Assembly (NCBI GenBank): GCA_002269645.1 | Contig: NIVC01000103.1 | Location: 679,393 to 743,392 of the forward strand | Origin: Macrostomum lignano | Taxonomy: Eukaryota | DNA length: 64,000 bases | Direction of reading: 5' to 3' | The notes under the pieces: model-generated | What the model was told of the DNA's origin: nothing | The model's database searches: none | What the model saw: only the letters and a program-made list of their open reading frames with translations | Translations under genes and position numbers: made by a program | Shown here: positions 50,801 through 60,198 of the stretch, piece after piece | How positions within the stretch are numbered: the stretch's first letter is position 1 | Layout of the letters: each line of letters opens with the position of its first letter

Positions 50801-53800
50801 TGAAGGCTGCCTGGTAGCACCAAGCGAAGCTGTAGTGGAAGCAGTGAGAAGGATGGAGCTGGCTTTTGTGAGATTCGATGCGAGTGTGTTTCACGGGCAG
50901 TGCGTAAGCCAAACAATTTCTGCTTCCTTCGCGCGTGCCATTCGGCCTGTGATAATCTCCCACTGCGACGATCACTCCGAGCGATGTGCGGTAGGAATAG
51001 CAAAGATCTACAGCCAGCTGCGCCTGCATCACTGGTGCCGCAGCCAATCAAAGATCGCGCAGCAAAGTAAGCGAGGCCGATCAGTTGCTCTCGAAAAATC
51101 GGACGAAATAAAAAAGTTCAAGCGAATGGGCGCAATAAGCAAATTCTAATTCAATGTTATCAAAAAATACACGTGCAAGCAGCACAAGCTAATCGAAAAG
51201 TCTTTTACGCTTATCCTTATCTCTTTACATTGACTTTTAATACATATAGCCTAGGGCGCTTAGCTTAATCTACGTCAATTTAATTGCACTACTTTTCGCC
51301 ACCTCATCATTAGTAGTCTATGAACATTTTATTCCGATAACTAGTTTAAGCGCTGATTCACCATTCTGTGTATATTCTGTGGTATGGACTGCTAGTCCAC
51401 ATATACTAAATTTCAAATCTATTTGTGAACATGGTCTCATTTTTATTTTAAGTAAATTAATTCTCTAGTTTTATAAGAGCATTAGTTTCTGAGCACCACA
51501 CGAGCGTATTATATAGTCAGTCACGGGGGTCCGTATAGTGTAACCCAGAGGTCTGGCGCGGCAGCGCTTTGATGTGCCAGCGACCCAGGCTCGATTCCAA
51601 GTGCAGTCACATAAATTTGGGGCTAAATTGGAATCTCGGCTTGGCTCTGCTCGTGCAATTGACACCCTTGAGGGCCAACCCCTAAGGAACAGCGAAGTGT
51701 ACATGCCTAATGATAAATTGCCTGCCTAAGGGGAGTCAGCGGAATGGCAGTGGTGCCTCTCGCCAGTTGTGTGACAATGTCGCTTAATAAAGTGCATCTC
51801 CCAGGCTCTCACCTGCGCATGCTGATCGTCCAGCAGCAGCTCCAGGGCAGTCATCAACGACTGCGGCAGCTGACTGGAGGTGGCTGACTCAGCTGACTCG
51901 TCGAAATGAATCGCGTCATCGGCTTCGGCCACGTATCGCTGGGCGTGGGCGCAGGTGAGCACCGCCTGCAGTCGGATTGTTGGATGAACGTCGGCCATGT
52001 CGCGCAGAAGGTCCTCCACGGTGCAGTCGCCGTAGCGACTGTTCAAATGCCATTTGCGGCGCCATTCGTCCACTGCGAGTGCAATTGGAGAGAAACATTG
52101 ATTTGCGCCTGGTTGGTTCGCTTTCTGCATCATACTACTTTTACTGTAGTCCTGCACCATTTGAAATGTTGAAAGTTATGAGAATTCAATTGTGGACAAT
52201 TTATTCTGCTTTTGACTGAACTGAGTCATGTTCCATTCCGAATATTTAAAAAGTTTAGACCACATTAAGATCGTAAGTGGCTAAAGAAGTTACATTGTAC
52301 ACCTAAAGGATGGAGCAGCTGGGGGTGGCTTGGCTGCTCAAGATGAGGGCAGCCAAGCTCCACAGCTTCCACATTGAGCTGGAAGCCCCTCGAGCTTCGG
52401 GCCGAACCCCCATCCTCAATGCCCTCTGGGATGGCATGAGGCGTCGAGAAAGAAACAGGGGATTCCCACCCTAGGGTTAGGCTGGCCAGCAGCCTCCCAG
52501 ACCTTGAAGTGACTACACGCTGAGATGCACTAAATAAAACTAAGCTCGATGCTTGAGACAGAGATCGGGTGATCAGTCACTAGGACTGACTGTCTAGCTA
52601 ATTTCTGATCTCCTCATTGCTTATTTCTACACTTTTTTCCAACTGTGCTTTTACCTAACTGTTTTACAAATATTCCTAATTGCTTTTTTACACCTTTACT
52701 ATTCATACTGTTTTTACTAAATTGCCTCTCTTTTATTTCAATAGGCCTTCAAATATTCTTGCACGTATTTTCTTAGATTACCTATTTTTATCAGATTCCT
52801 TCTTTGTGCGGGATTTCTCTCCCCTCTTTTTTATCCCCAAATGCGTGCAAAAGACTGCAAAATATTGAAAAATAGTTTTATTTATTTTTATTTCGACATA
52901 AATATTCCAGTCGAAATCTGTAAATATTCTTTCGATCAAATAAAACAGTAATATTGCGGTAGAGTTCCTTGGAACTTTACTACGGCACCTCGTTTTAACA
53001 ACAATGGATGAAGGCGGTGTGACATTGAACAAGTGGATTTTATATTTTGATTGATTAGTACCCTCTTCTTGGAAGAGGGTTTCACAAATCATGGAACACT
53101 CATTGAATGTTCCTCTCCACGGAAATCTTTAGTAAAAGGCGAAAGATTTAATCGTGGAATGAAGAGAAACCAGAGTTACTGAATGAGGGTGAAAAGCCTT
53201 TGTATATAATACTAAACTGTGGTTGTGCCTACTAAAAACCTCGTTTTCGTAACAGCACTAAAAGAAACGTTTCAGGCGTTTATTATCGTATAAAATTTAT
53301 ACAATTTAATTTAGTTAATTCAAGAATTAAGTTTTTTGTGTTTTAAAACTTTTTAATGAAGTTCCAAATCACTTATAACCTCTGAAACAAAGCTACTTCA
53401 GTAGTAGGGCACACAACCTAGCTTTATACTACTTACTTTAGGTACATGAGTAGAACTAATTGCGCATCAAGTACCAAAACTTGGATAAATAGACTATAAA
53501 TATGCTTTTAGCTACGAAAATCAAATTTTAATTAAGGTCTGGCGAAATCTCATACAAAATTAGCAAAAAATATTATTAACCCATAAAAAAGTAAAATAAT
53601 GACGGCTTGAAAGCGTTAGTCAATAGACTAGGTGTTGTATACATGAAAGCATGCCCCAAATACATTGGTATTTAAATCGTTGGCCATTCAAAACCTCTAC
53701 AATGAAACATCTCTGGAAATTCAAATTGAAATTTCGATTTGATATGCTCTTCTTTACTAGATATGTTAACAAGCATTCTAGAAAGTTAAAAAAGGTTTAC

Positions 53801-56800
53801 ATCTTCCGAGATCATTGGCCAAGCATTCAGCAGCGAATAAATATCAGGTAATGCTACAGGGATGGATCTTGGGATATATAAAATTGATAAAAGCAAAGCG
53901 AATAAATTTGATTTTTATGAGATCTCACGAATTCCCACTGGCGATTTTGGCCTGTCGTCTGTTTCGTCTGAAAAATCGCAGTTTTGCTCGAATGGCTTAA
54001 TTATTTTGTTCGAGTAGCATTGCAGTGGATTCACATCCTTTCGAGGCAAGAAGAATAGAAATAGCAAAAACGCTGTTTCATCTACTGACAGTAGACGCAA
54101 TGGTTATTATTAACTGGAGCTCTTTATTATTGAAAAAAAGAATTAGCAAATGTTTTCAATGCAAAAAAGACTCACCAACATTGTGCAGATGTTCGTCATT
54201 TCGCTTTCGCTTGCTGCTCTCTAGCCGTCTGCGCTGTTCCTCATAGTCCTCTTCCTCGCTTCCCAGCTTGTTCAGGTGCTGAGTAGGCTGAAATATAGGA
54301 TATACACAAGTATATGTATAGCTGGGTAAAGAATTACAATGCCATTATTGAAAGGTATAAACTTAATAAACGAAAATAGTTTACGAAGCGTCGAATTGAC
54401 ACAAACCGAAATTCACAAATATTTAATACGGGTTCTTGCAAAATATAATTAGCTAAGCACAAAAATACTGATATGGAAGCATTCACACTTGTAGACATAT
54501 TTTCAGACGTTTTTAAGTTATTAGTTTGTTTCAAAATTATCAACTTACATCCATCGGTGCTTTATAATGCTGGGTTTACCTCTGAGTTTTAACTGTATTT
54601 CCAGCAGCCATTTTCATAAGTTAAAAACACAAATTTATTATAAAATGATTTTATGGTTACTTTGTAGTTATAAAATAGGTCAATCAACACAAGGTGAGGT
54701 TCAGTTTTATTAGTTATAACCAAGATGAGCATCAAATTTTACAGGTACAGCAATATCGTAGAACCTTTTTTTATACATGAACATAATCCATTTAACTATT
54801 ACTTTATATGTGCAAGGTCGAGCTTAATTGTGACACAACACAGCGACAAATATAGCTAATTACCTTTCCTCTGGAACCTTTAATTTGATTGTCCTGAAAA
54901 TCATAATTTTCATTGATGGTGTTAAGCATTCATACACTCGTATATTACAAGATGATTTCATTTTTAAGCGCCATTGCATTTATTAAAGTAATACTACTAC
55001 TAACGCATGCAACTGTAAGTAGGCTATAAATAATGTTAATTTAACATTTAACGCGAGATGAAAAAGGTACGTGCAAAAAATTAGTTTCTATCAAGAATAA
55101 ATGTTAATTCAATTGCTGCAATAAAATGATTTATTTAGTCCAGGTGCGAATATTCAGTTGCTATGGTGCGTGAATGTTAAAATGCGCGAACTGCAATTCA
55201 ACTTTTATAGTAAAGTTACTTTTCGATACATATCGGCTCTATCTATCTATAGTTTCTGTCTGTCCGTCTGTCTGAACGCTGTCTGTAGTCTAAACAACTT
55301 GAATTCAGTGATAATTTTTAATGCATTTAACTAGGATCACTTAGACTTACATCCTGCGCCAAAGGTAGTCCAATCCACTTTCTTATTCCTCGTTTCGGTT
55401 TGGCACCATCGCCCTGTTCGTCTGGAACCTGTTGAGCCAACTGCAGGGTGTAGCGATTGTAGTTCTGCAGTAGCAGCTCCTTCTGGTTGCCTGGCTGGTG
55501 CACCAGCTTCACTCCAGACAGCCACTCCCTCTCAAAGTCATTGTCGGTAGTGTAGCATTTGTCACCGACTCGAGGATTCATCGAGTCTTTTAGCTGCGGC
55601 AGAGGCGACTTTGCTGGCAATTCAGAACTGATGGCGGCTGCCGTGCTGTTGCCGTGGTCTGCGGGAATGGGAGCATTTTATAAACTCAACATTTCACATC
55701 ATCGAGAGAGCCGAACATCTATGATCTACACTGAAGACCATTGTTGGTTACTAAGTCGCTTCATGATGCGCCTGATTTAAAATATATTCCCTAAAACAAC
55801 ATGTAACGCTATGGACTTGGGGCTTTACAAGAGGCTTTGCACCCAGAGGCTTTAGGAAAGAAGAGAGGAGAGGAGAGAGAAGAGAGGAGAGAGTAGAGAT
55901 GAGGGAAGAGAGAGAGGAAAGAAGACAAGAGACGAGAAAGGAGAAAGGAGAGAGGAGAAACGAGAGAGGAGAGGAGAGATGAAATGAGAGAAAACAAAGA
56001 GGAGAGTAAAGATGAGAGAATAGAGAGAGGAAATTAAGATAAGAGATGAGAGAGAAGAGAAGAGAGAAGAGGGAGTAGAGAGAAGAGAAGAGAGGAGAGA
56101 GAAGAGAGGAGAGAGAAGAGAGGAGAGAGAAGAGAGGAGAGAGAAGAGAGGAGAGAGAAGAGAGGAGAGATGAAATGAGAGAAAAGAGAGGGAGAGGAGA
56201 GAAGAGATGAGAGCGAAGAGAGAAGAGGGAGTAGAGAGAAGAGAAGAGAGGAGAGAGTTGTCAGTTGGCAGGGCGCGTTGCACTTTGGGGCTGGTTGGGG
56301 GGGTTGGCGGGCGTGGCAGGGTCTGGCCGCCGGCCGGGTTTTGCGCGTGCCCTCCCCAGCCGTGCCCCTGCCCCGTGCTCAGGGCTGGTTGGCTGCGGCC
56401 GGGCCAGCTTTGGCGCGGGTGCAGTCCCTCCCCCCTTAGGCGGGGTTTTGATTGGCTGGGCCGGCGTGGTTTGTTTTGGTGAGCTTAGCCGGTGGGGCCG
56501 TCTGCCCCAGGGTTTGGGTGCTATTTATGGTGCGACTCTGGCTCTTGCCCACTCCCTGCGTGCTTTTTTGTGTTTTGGTGTGCTCCGAGAGTGCAAGCGC
56601 GAGACCTGATAAAAGAAACAGCAACATTAGCTACTTCGATAAAAGAAACAGCAACATTAGCTACTTCGATAAAAGAAACACAATAGCCTAATTGAGAAGA
56701 GTCTTTGAGAATTAAGAAGAAGTCGGAAACTGCGCTTGAGACCTACGAATAATAAACGGTGAACAGTCATTTGGCCACTGGTAAGCCGCCTGCTGTTTGA

Positions 56801-59800
56801 GTCCTTTCTTTTCGGGAAGCTTGCTAGGCCGAATTCTTGCCAGAGCGTCATAACGCCGGGAGACCATATAGCTTCTGTAGTACTGTACCGTTTACCATAT
56901 ATATTGCGTACACCCTACGGTATAGAGAATAGAAGCACTCGAGAGTGTCACCACACCTCGAGCCGCAGCGTGAACTCTGAGTGTCACAACACCAGAGGGA
57001 TCGAATTATTATCGCAGAGCGTCGTCACGCCTGCTCGTCGTATTCATAAAAGTACAGACAGAGCGTCACAACGCCTGTTATATCACATATAATATATATT
57101 GTACTCGGGACTGGGCACCCAAGCCGACCCGGGTTACAACAATAAGAGATGAGAGAGAAGAGAAGAGAGAAGAGGGAGTAGAGAGAAGAGAAGAGAGGAG
57201 AGAGAAGAGAGGAGAGAGAAGAGAGGAGAGAGAAGAGAGGAGAGAGAAGAGAGGAGAGAGAAGAGAGGAGAGAGAAGAGAGGAGAGAGAAGAGAGGAGAG
57301 ATGAAATGAGAGAAAAGAGAGGGAGAGGAGAGAAGAGATGAGAGCGAAGAGAGAAGAGGGAGTAGAGAGAAGAGAAGAGAGGAGAGAGAAGAGAGAGAGA
57401 GAAGAGAGGGAGAGGAGAGAGGAGAGAGAAGAGAGGAGACGATACATAAGAGAGTAGAGATGAGAGAAGAGAGAGGAGAGGAGAGAAGAGATGAGAGCGA
57501 AGAGAGAAGAGAGGAAGAGAGAATAGTTGAGCGAAGAGAAAAGAGAGGAGAGAAGAAAGAGAAGAGAGGAGAGATGAGCATGAGTATGACTTCAGATTTT
57601 GGATTGCAATTGATAACCAACATGGAGGGTGAGGGCTGCATTTTGGGGATGCAGCAGCTTATCAATTTTCTAAATCAATCTCTTGCAAATCGGTGACAGC
57701 CAACTGAAGTTCAGATGATCGCTGCGGTACAATCGTAACTTCTGTGCAGGAGCTCAAGGCTTTCCTAAACCTATCGCACAAATTTTCTGATATTGAGAGA
57801 AGATTAGAATTGAGCTTGTTAAACCATAAAAGCAGAAACATACGGTATAAAGATAATTTCACATGCTCACCATCGCTAACAGCCTGATCCTCTTTGACCT
57901 GCTTCCTTGATCCCAACGGCAGTCGGTAGAACGCAGCCCGGTTAGCTTCTCCATAAGGATCCGTGTCCGCGACCGCCTCGCCAGCCGCCTCCCTGCTTCT
58001 CTCGTCATCCAGCAGGCGCAGGAACGGCGAAGACAAACGAAAAGCGTTGGAATTCGGCCGATTGCGTCGCAGCTTGCGTCTGGCCTCGTCAGCTGTGGCC
58101 TCCAGCAGATAGTGATCGGGCGACGGTACCGGTGGGTACTCGGTGAGGTCCGGACGGTCGGGCACGAGGTCAACCAGGTCAGGTGGCGCCTGCCCGTACC
58201 TGGTGGTGAGGATTGATATAGAATCATGACGATGATTTGATTAATTTGCTTTAGTGATATCGGTGTGTTTTATCGAGAATTGCTTCCGTCGCTTCGTAGA
58301 AGGCAAGTAAACTGTAGTGCATGATAAGTTCGATCAGAAATTCACAAGCTCGAAATTTCACAAGCACAGCCACCCTAGTGGAACCAAGGACCACTAGAAG
58401 TTACTAGCATGGGGAATCGAATCAAGGATCGCGGTGCCACAGTCGGAAGCGTTTTCCCGTTGAGCTGCAGGACTCAAACTTGTAGGACACGTGCTTTGAA
58501 AGTGTCCATGTATTATGTACATGTAGATACAAAATACCTTCCAATCCTAAGGCATTTTTAGATGTCCATGGACCCCGCCGGAACGTGCAACTATTCTTTC
58601 CAATCTTAGAGGCACATAATTTTGGCAGCCAACTCACCATCGCTTCAATCGATCAACGTACGCCCTCCTATCCACCGGATTGTGCACCGCTTCCCTAGCA
58701 ACATAAGCGGCCGTGTTGGGATGCAGTTGGCGCAGCACGTAATCGTCCCAATCGTAGCCTGCGGTGTCCATTCCGGACACCCTGCCGGAGCCGTCAGCTG
58801 CCTCGGTGGCCGCCTTCGTTGCTGTTGTCGCTCGACTGTCAGCCTTCGCTGGAACGCCTTCGGTGAGGAAAATTCCGCCTGAGGAGCTCTTCTGAGTTTG
58901 TTGCTGTTGTTGTTGCTGCTGATTGGCTGGGGATCTGCTTTTGACAGAATTTTTTAGGACCAAAATTTTATTAGATAACTTGCTAATAAGTTGTTCAGAC
59001 ACTATTAATTTAAGTTGGTCAGGAGTTACAATAATGGCCAATGGGATTATAAAATGAATTTATCAACTCACATGGCTTCTATACGTAACAAGAAGTCTGC
59101 GATAAAAAGAGAGGATTCTTGAGGAATAGTAGTTTAGTTCTATAGCCATGTGTCTCTCTCTGCCTCCATTCGCTCTGATTGGTTCGGTGGGTCAGGCTGG
59201 GTCCCCCCCAATTGGTTTTCTTCTCTGCCCCATCCCCCACCGGCGGCGGCTCGTGATTGGCTGGCCGGTGGAGTGAGGGTGACGCGACTGTCCGTTGGCT
59301 GCCTGTCCCCCTGTCCCTCCCCACCCCAAGCTGGTTGCACAGCTCCAATAGGCTGTCCCAGTAGGGTAACAGCATTATAAGTATGACTCAGACATTCAGG
59401 ATGGGATTTTCAAGGAATATTGCGGAATGATTCGGGAATGGGATATGGAGGAGAGGGAGAGCTAAGAGAGTATGTTTCAATAGTTTTTTGATCTACATGT
59501 CATAGATCTTAAATATTTAGGAAAACTGGAATTTAAGGGGTGGAGTTCGATAGAGAACGTCAGCATAAAGTTCATGATAAGGAATTTAGGACACAGCGTA
59601 CTTTCTGAGCATGATGCTGAGATAAAACTCACCTTGTGGAAGCACGCTGCGCTGGCGCAGTCAGGGGTTCAAGTCGACGGCCCTCTTTCTCTTTTTGTCG
59701 GAGCTGAGGCCAGCGGAAGTTCGGACCTTTGTGACCGCAGCGCAGGCCGAAGTGCTGCTGCTGCTGCTCGGCTCGGGCGGCCCGCCGGTGCGGCAGTACC

Positions 59801-60198
59801 GAGCCAGGCGAGTACACATCAGCAAACAGCGCGTCCGAGTACGGCAGCGTGTGCGAGCAGCGCTCCTTGACGACGCTCTCGTCGAATTTTAAATCGGCTG
59901 ATACGGCACCCAGCACGCGGGGATTGACGGAGTCTTCGGCTAGGCGGACTCGAGGCACGAACATCTCGGAGGTGGCCGCCTGATTGCTCTGACGATGTGC
60001 CCGCTGTTGATACTGCTGATGCTGCTGTCGACGTCGGCCTGCCGAATCCGCTGGCGCGGAGGTGCCCATGCTCAGGGATGTTACCTGCACTCGACTTGCC
60101 ACAGCATGCAAAGAGGACTGTCTCAGGGGCTGCGCGGGTGGCGGTGGTCCCTTCGGCGCCGGCTGCTGATGCTGTTGAATAGCTGCAGCTGACATCAT
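44763..60198 (-). CDS. HEATR4: HEAT repeat-containing protein 4-like, 11 coding exons, ~1248 aa
   Basis: Exons 60198-59633, 58934-58638, 58199-57871, 55658-55351, 54287-54176, 52072-51813, 49888-49484, 47918-47601, 46931-46177, 45766-45493 and 44885-44763. All are GT-AG with compatible phases and sum to 3747 nt (1249 codons). Motifs LAEQLNSPSWRRRV, LMWND..K.VRRSAAKALGQ...GKDVHD and DPWWKVKARAIQAIG match HEATR4 as I recall it. Confidence 0.85.
44945..45440. repeat. 11-bp minisatellite (GGGGTGGTACT) in HEATR4 intron 10
   Basis: Fills most of intron 44886-45492. Confidence 0.95.
45493..45766 (-). CDS. HEATR4: HEATR4-like coding exon 10
   Basis: ctccgcag|C CGT, GC-rich coding-like composition, donor CAG|gtgagc. 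Confidence 0.75.
45796..46030. repeat. 18-bp minisatellite (CTCGTTGCTAKGGTAACA) in HEATR4 intron 9
   Basis: 13 units at strict 18-bp period, each X-box-like. Confidence 0.9.
46177..46931 (-). CDS. HEATR4: HEATR4-like coding exon 9 (last HEAT repeats and acidic tract)
   Basis: ttgcag|GCC, LLWAARFEPEERVRA, poly-E/D tract, donor GG|gtgagt. Confidence 0.87.
47601..47918 (-). CDS. HEATR4: HEATR4-like coding exon 8 (HEAT repeats)
   Basis: gctcag|GTA, VRRSAAKALGQ...DPWWKVKARAIQ, donor CAG|gtgagt. Confidence 0.88.
48095..49370. repeat. 31-bp minisatellite (CTTGGTGGTCATAGAAAGGGTTCGGCTTTAA) in HEATR4 intron 7
   Basis: Very homogeneous array, interrupted once at ~48161-48322. Confidence 0.95.
48160..48302. 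other. Fold-back inverted repeat inserted into the 31-bp satellite
   Basis: Arms 48160-48221 and 48238-48302 are reverse complements apart from two small indels. caacgcgtttcg is duplicated at the apex. Confidence 0.85.
49484..49888 (-). CDS. HEATR4: HEATR4-like coding exon 7 (HEAT repeats)
   Basis: cccag|GTG, HEAT-like helices, donor GCG|gtgagg. Confidence 0.88.
50313..51381 (+). mobile_element. Non-autonomous, internally deleted P-element (THAP9-like) DNA transposon in HEATR4 intron 6
   Basis: Perfect 26-bp TIRs CACAGAATATACACAGAATGGTGAAT (50313-50338; reverse complement 51356-51381). Perfect 8-bp TSD GTATGGAC (50305-50312 and 51382-51389). THAP N-terminus and transposase C-terminus lie inside. 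Confidence 0.92.
50540..51149 (+). pseudogene. Truncated P-element transposase: spliced THAP start fused out of frame to the transposase C-terminus
   Basis: MNAKTKSKIQCAAYGC...FHRFPADRNR, then intron 50653-50723 (gtatga...tttag), then CEDWAKRIFRADLLGK. A second frame (50781-51149) reads GCLVAPSEAVVEAVRRMELAF...CDDH...IYSQLRLHHW, like the GGLxxPS...CxxH...RLHH end of P/THAP9 transposases. Confidence 0.8.
51535..51799 (+). mobile_element. tRNA-derived SINE, family 2, copy 1 (HEATR4 intron 6)
   Basis: A-box-like tgtaacccagaggt and B-box-like ggctcgattcc. Clearly homologous to the inverted copy at 63007-63200. Ends aataaagtgc. Confidence 0.7.
51813..52072 (-). CDS. HEATR4: HEATR4-like coding exon 6
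   Basis: ctcgcag|TG, VDEWRRKW...TVEDLLRDMADVHPTIRLQAV, donor CAG|gtgaga. Confidence 0.85.
54176..54287 (-). CDS. HEATR4: HEATR4-like coding exon 5 (112 bp, absent from ORF track)
   Basis: tatttcag|CCT...GTT G|gtgagt. Translates PTQHLNKLGSEEEDYEEQRRRLESSKRKRNDEHLHNV and supplies the phase 0 to phase 1 shift the model needs. Confidence 0.8.
55351..55658 (-). CDS. HEATR4: HEATR4-like coding exon 4
   Basis: cccgcag|AC, NPRVGDKCYTTDNDFEREW...LQNYNRY...KWIGLP, donor GAT|gtaagt. Confidence 0.82.
55855..56257. repeat. AG-rich low-complexity tract with 14-bp unit AGAGGAGAGAGAAG (left of LTR-like insert)
   Basis: Read directly. Confidence 0.9.
56257..57141 (+). mobile_element. Solo-LTR-like insertion (~885 bp) in HEATR4 intron 3
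   Basis: Ends gttgtca...ttacaaca (near-inverted TG..CA type). GC box and CCAAT (56438-56456), TATA-like tatttat (~56522), AATAAA (~56752). No coding domain. Flanked by a long duplication rather than a 4-6 bp TSD. Confidence 0.55.
57142..57580. repeat. AG-rich low-complexity tract (right of LTR-like insert)
   Basis: Its first ~247 bp duplicate 56039-56257. Confidence 0.9.
57871..58199 (-). CDS. HEATR4: HEATR4-like coding exon 3
   Basis: caccag|G TAC, donor GAT G|gtgagc. Phases fit both neighbours. Confidence 0.75.
58638..58934 (-). CDS. HEATR4: HEATR4-like coding exon 2
   Basis: agcag|A TCC, WDDYVLRQL motif, donor TG|gtgagt. Confidence 0.8.
59633..60198 (-). CDS. HEATR4: HEATR4-like coding exon 1 (Gln-rich N-terminus)
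   Basis: ttcag|AATG acceptor at 60200, ATG at 60198, donor AG|gtgagt at 59633. Confidence 0.75.
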
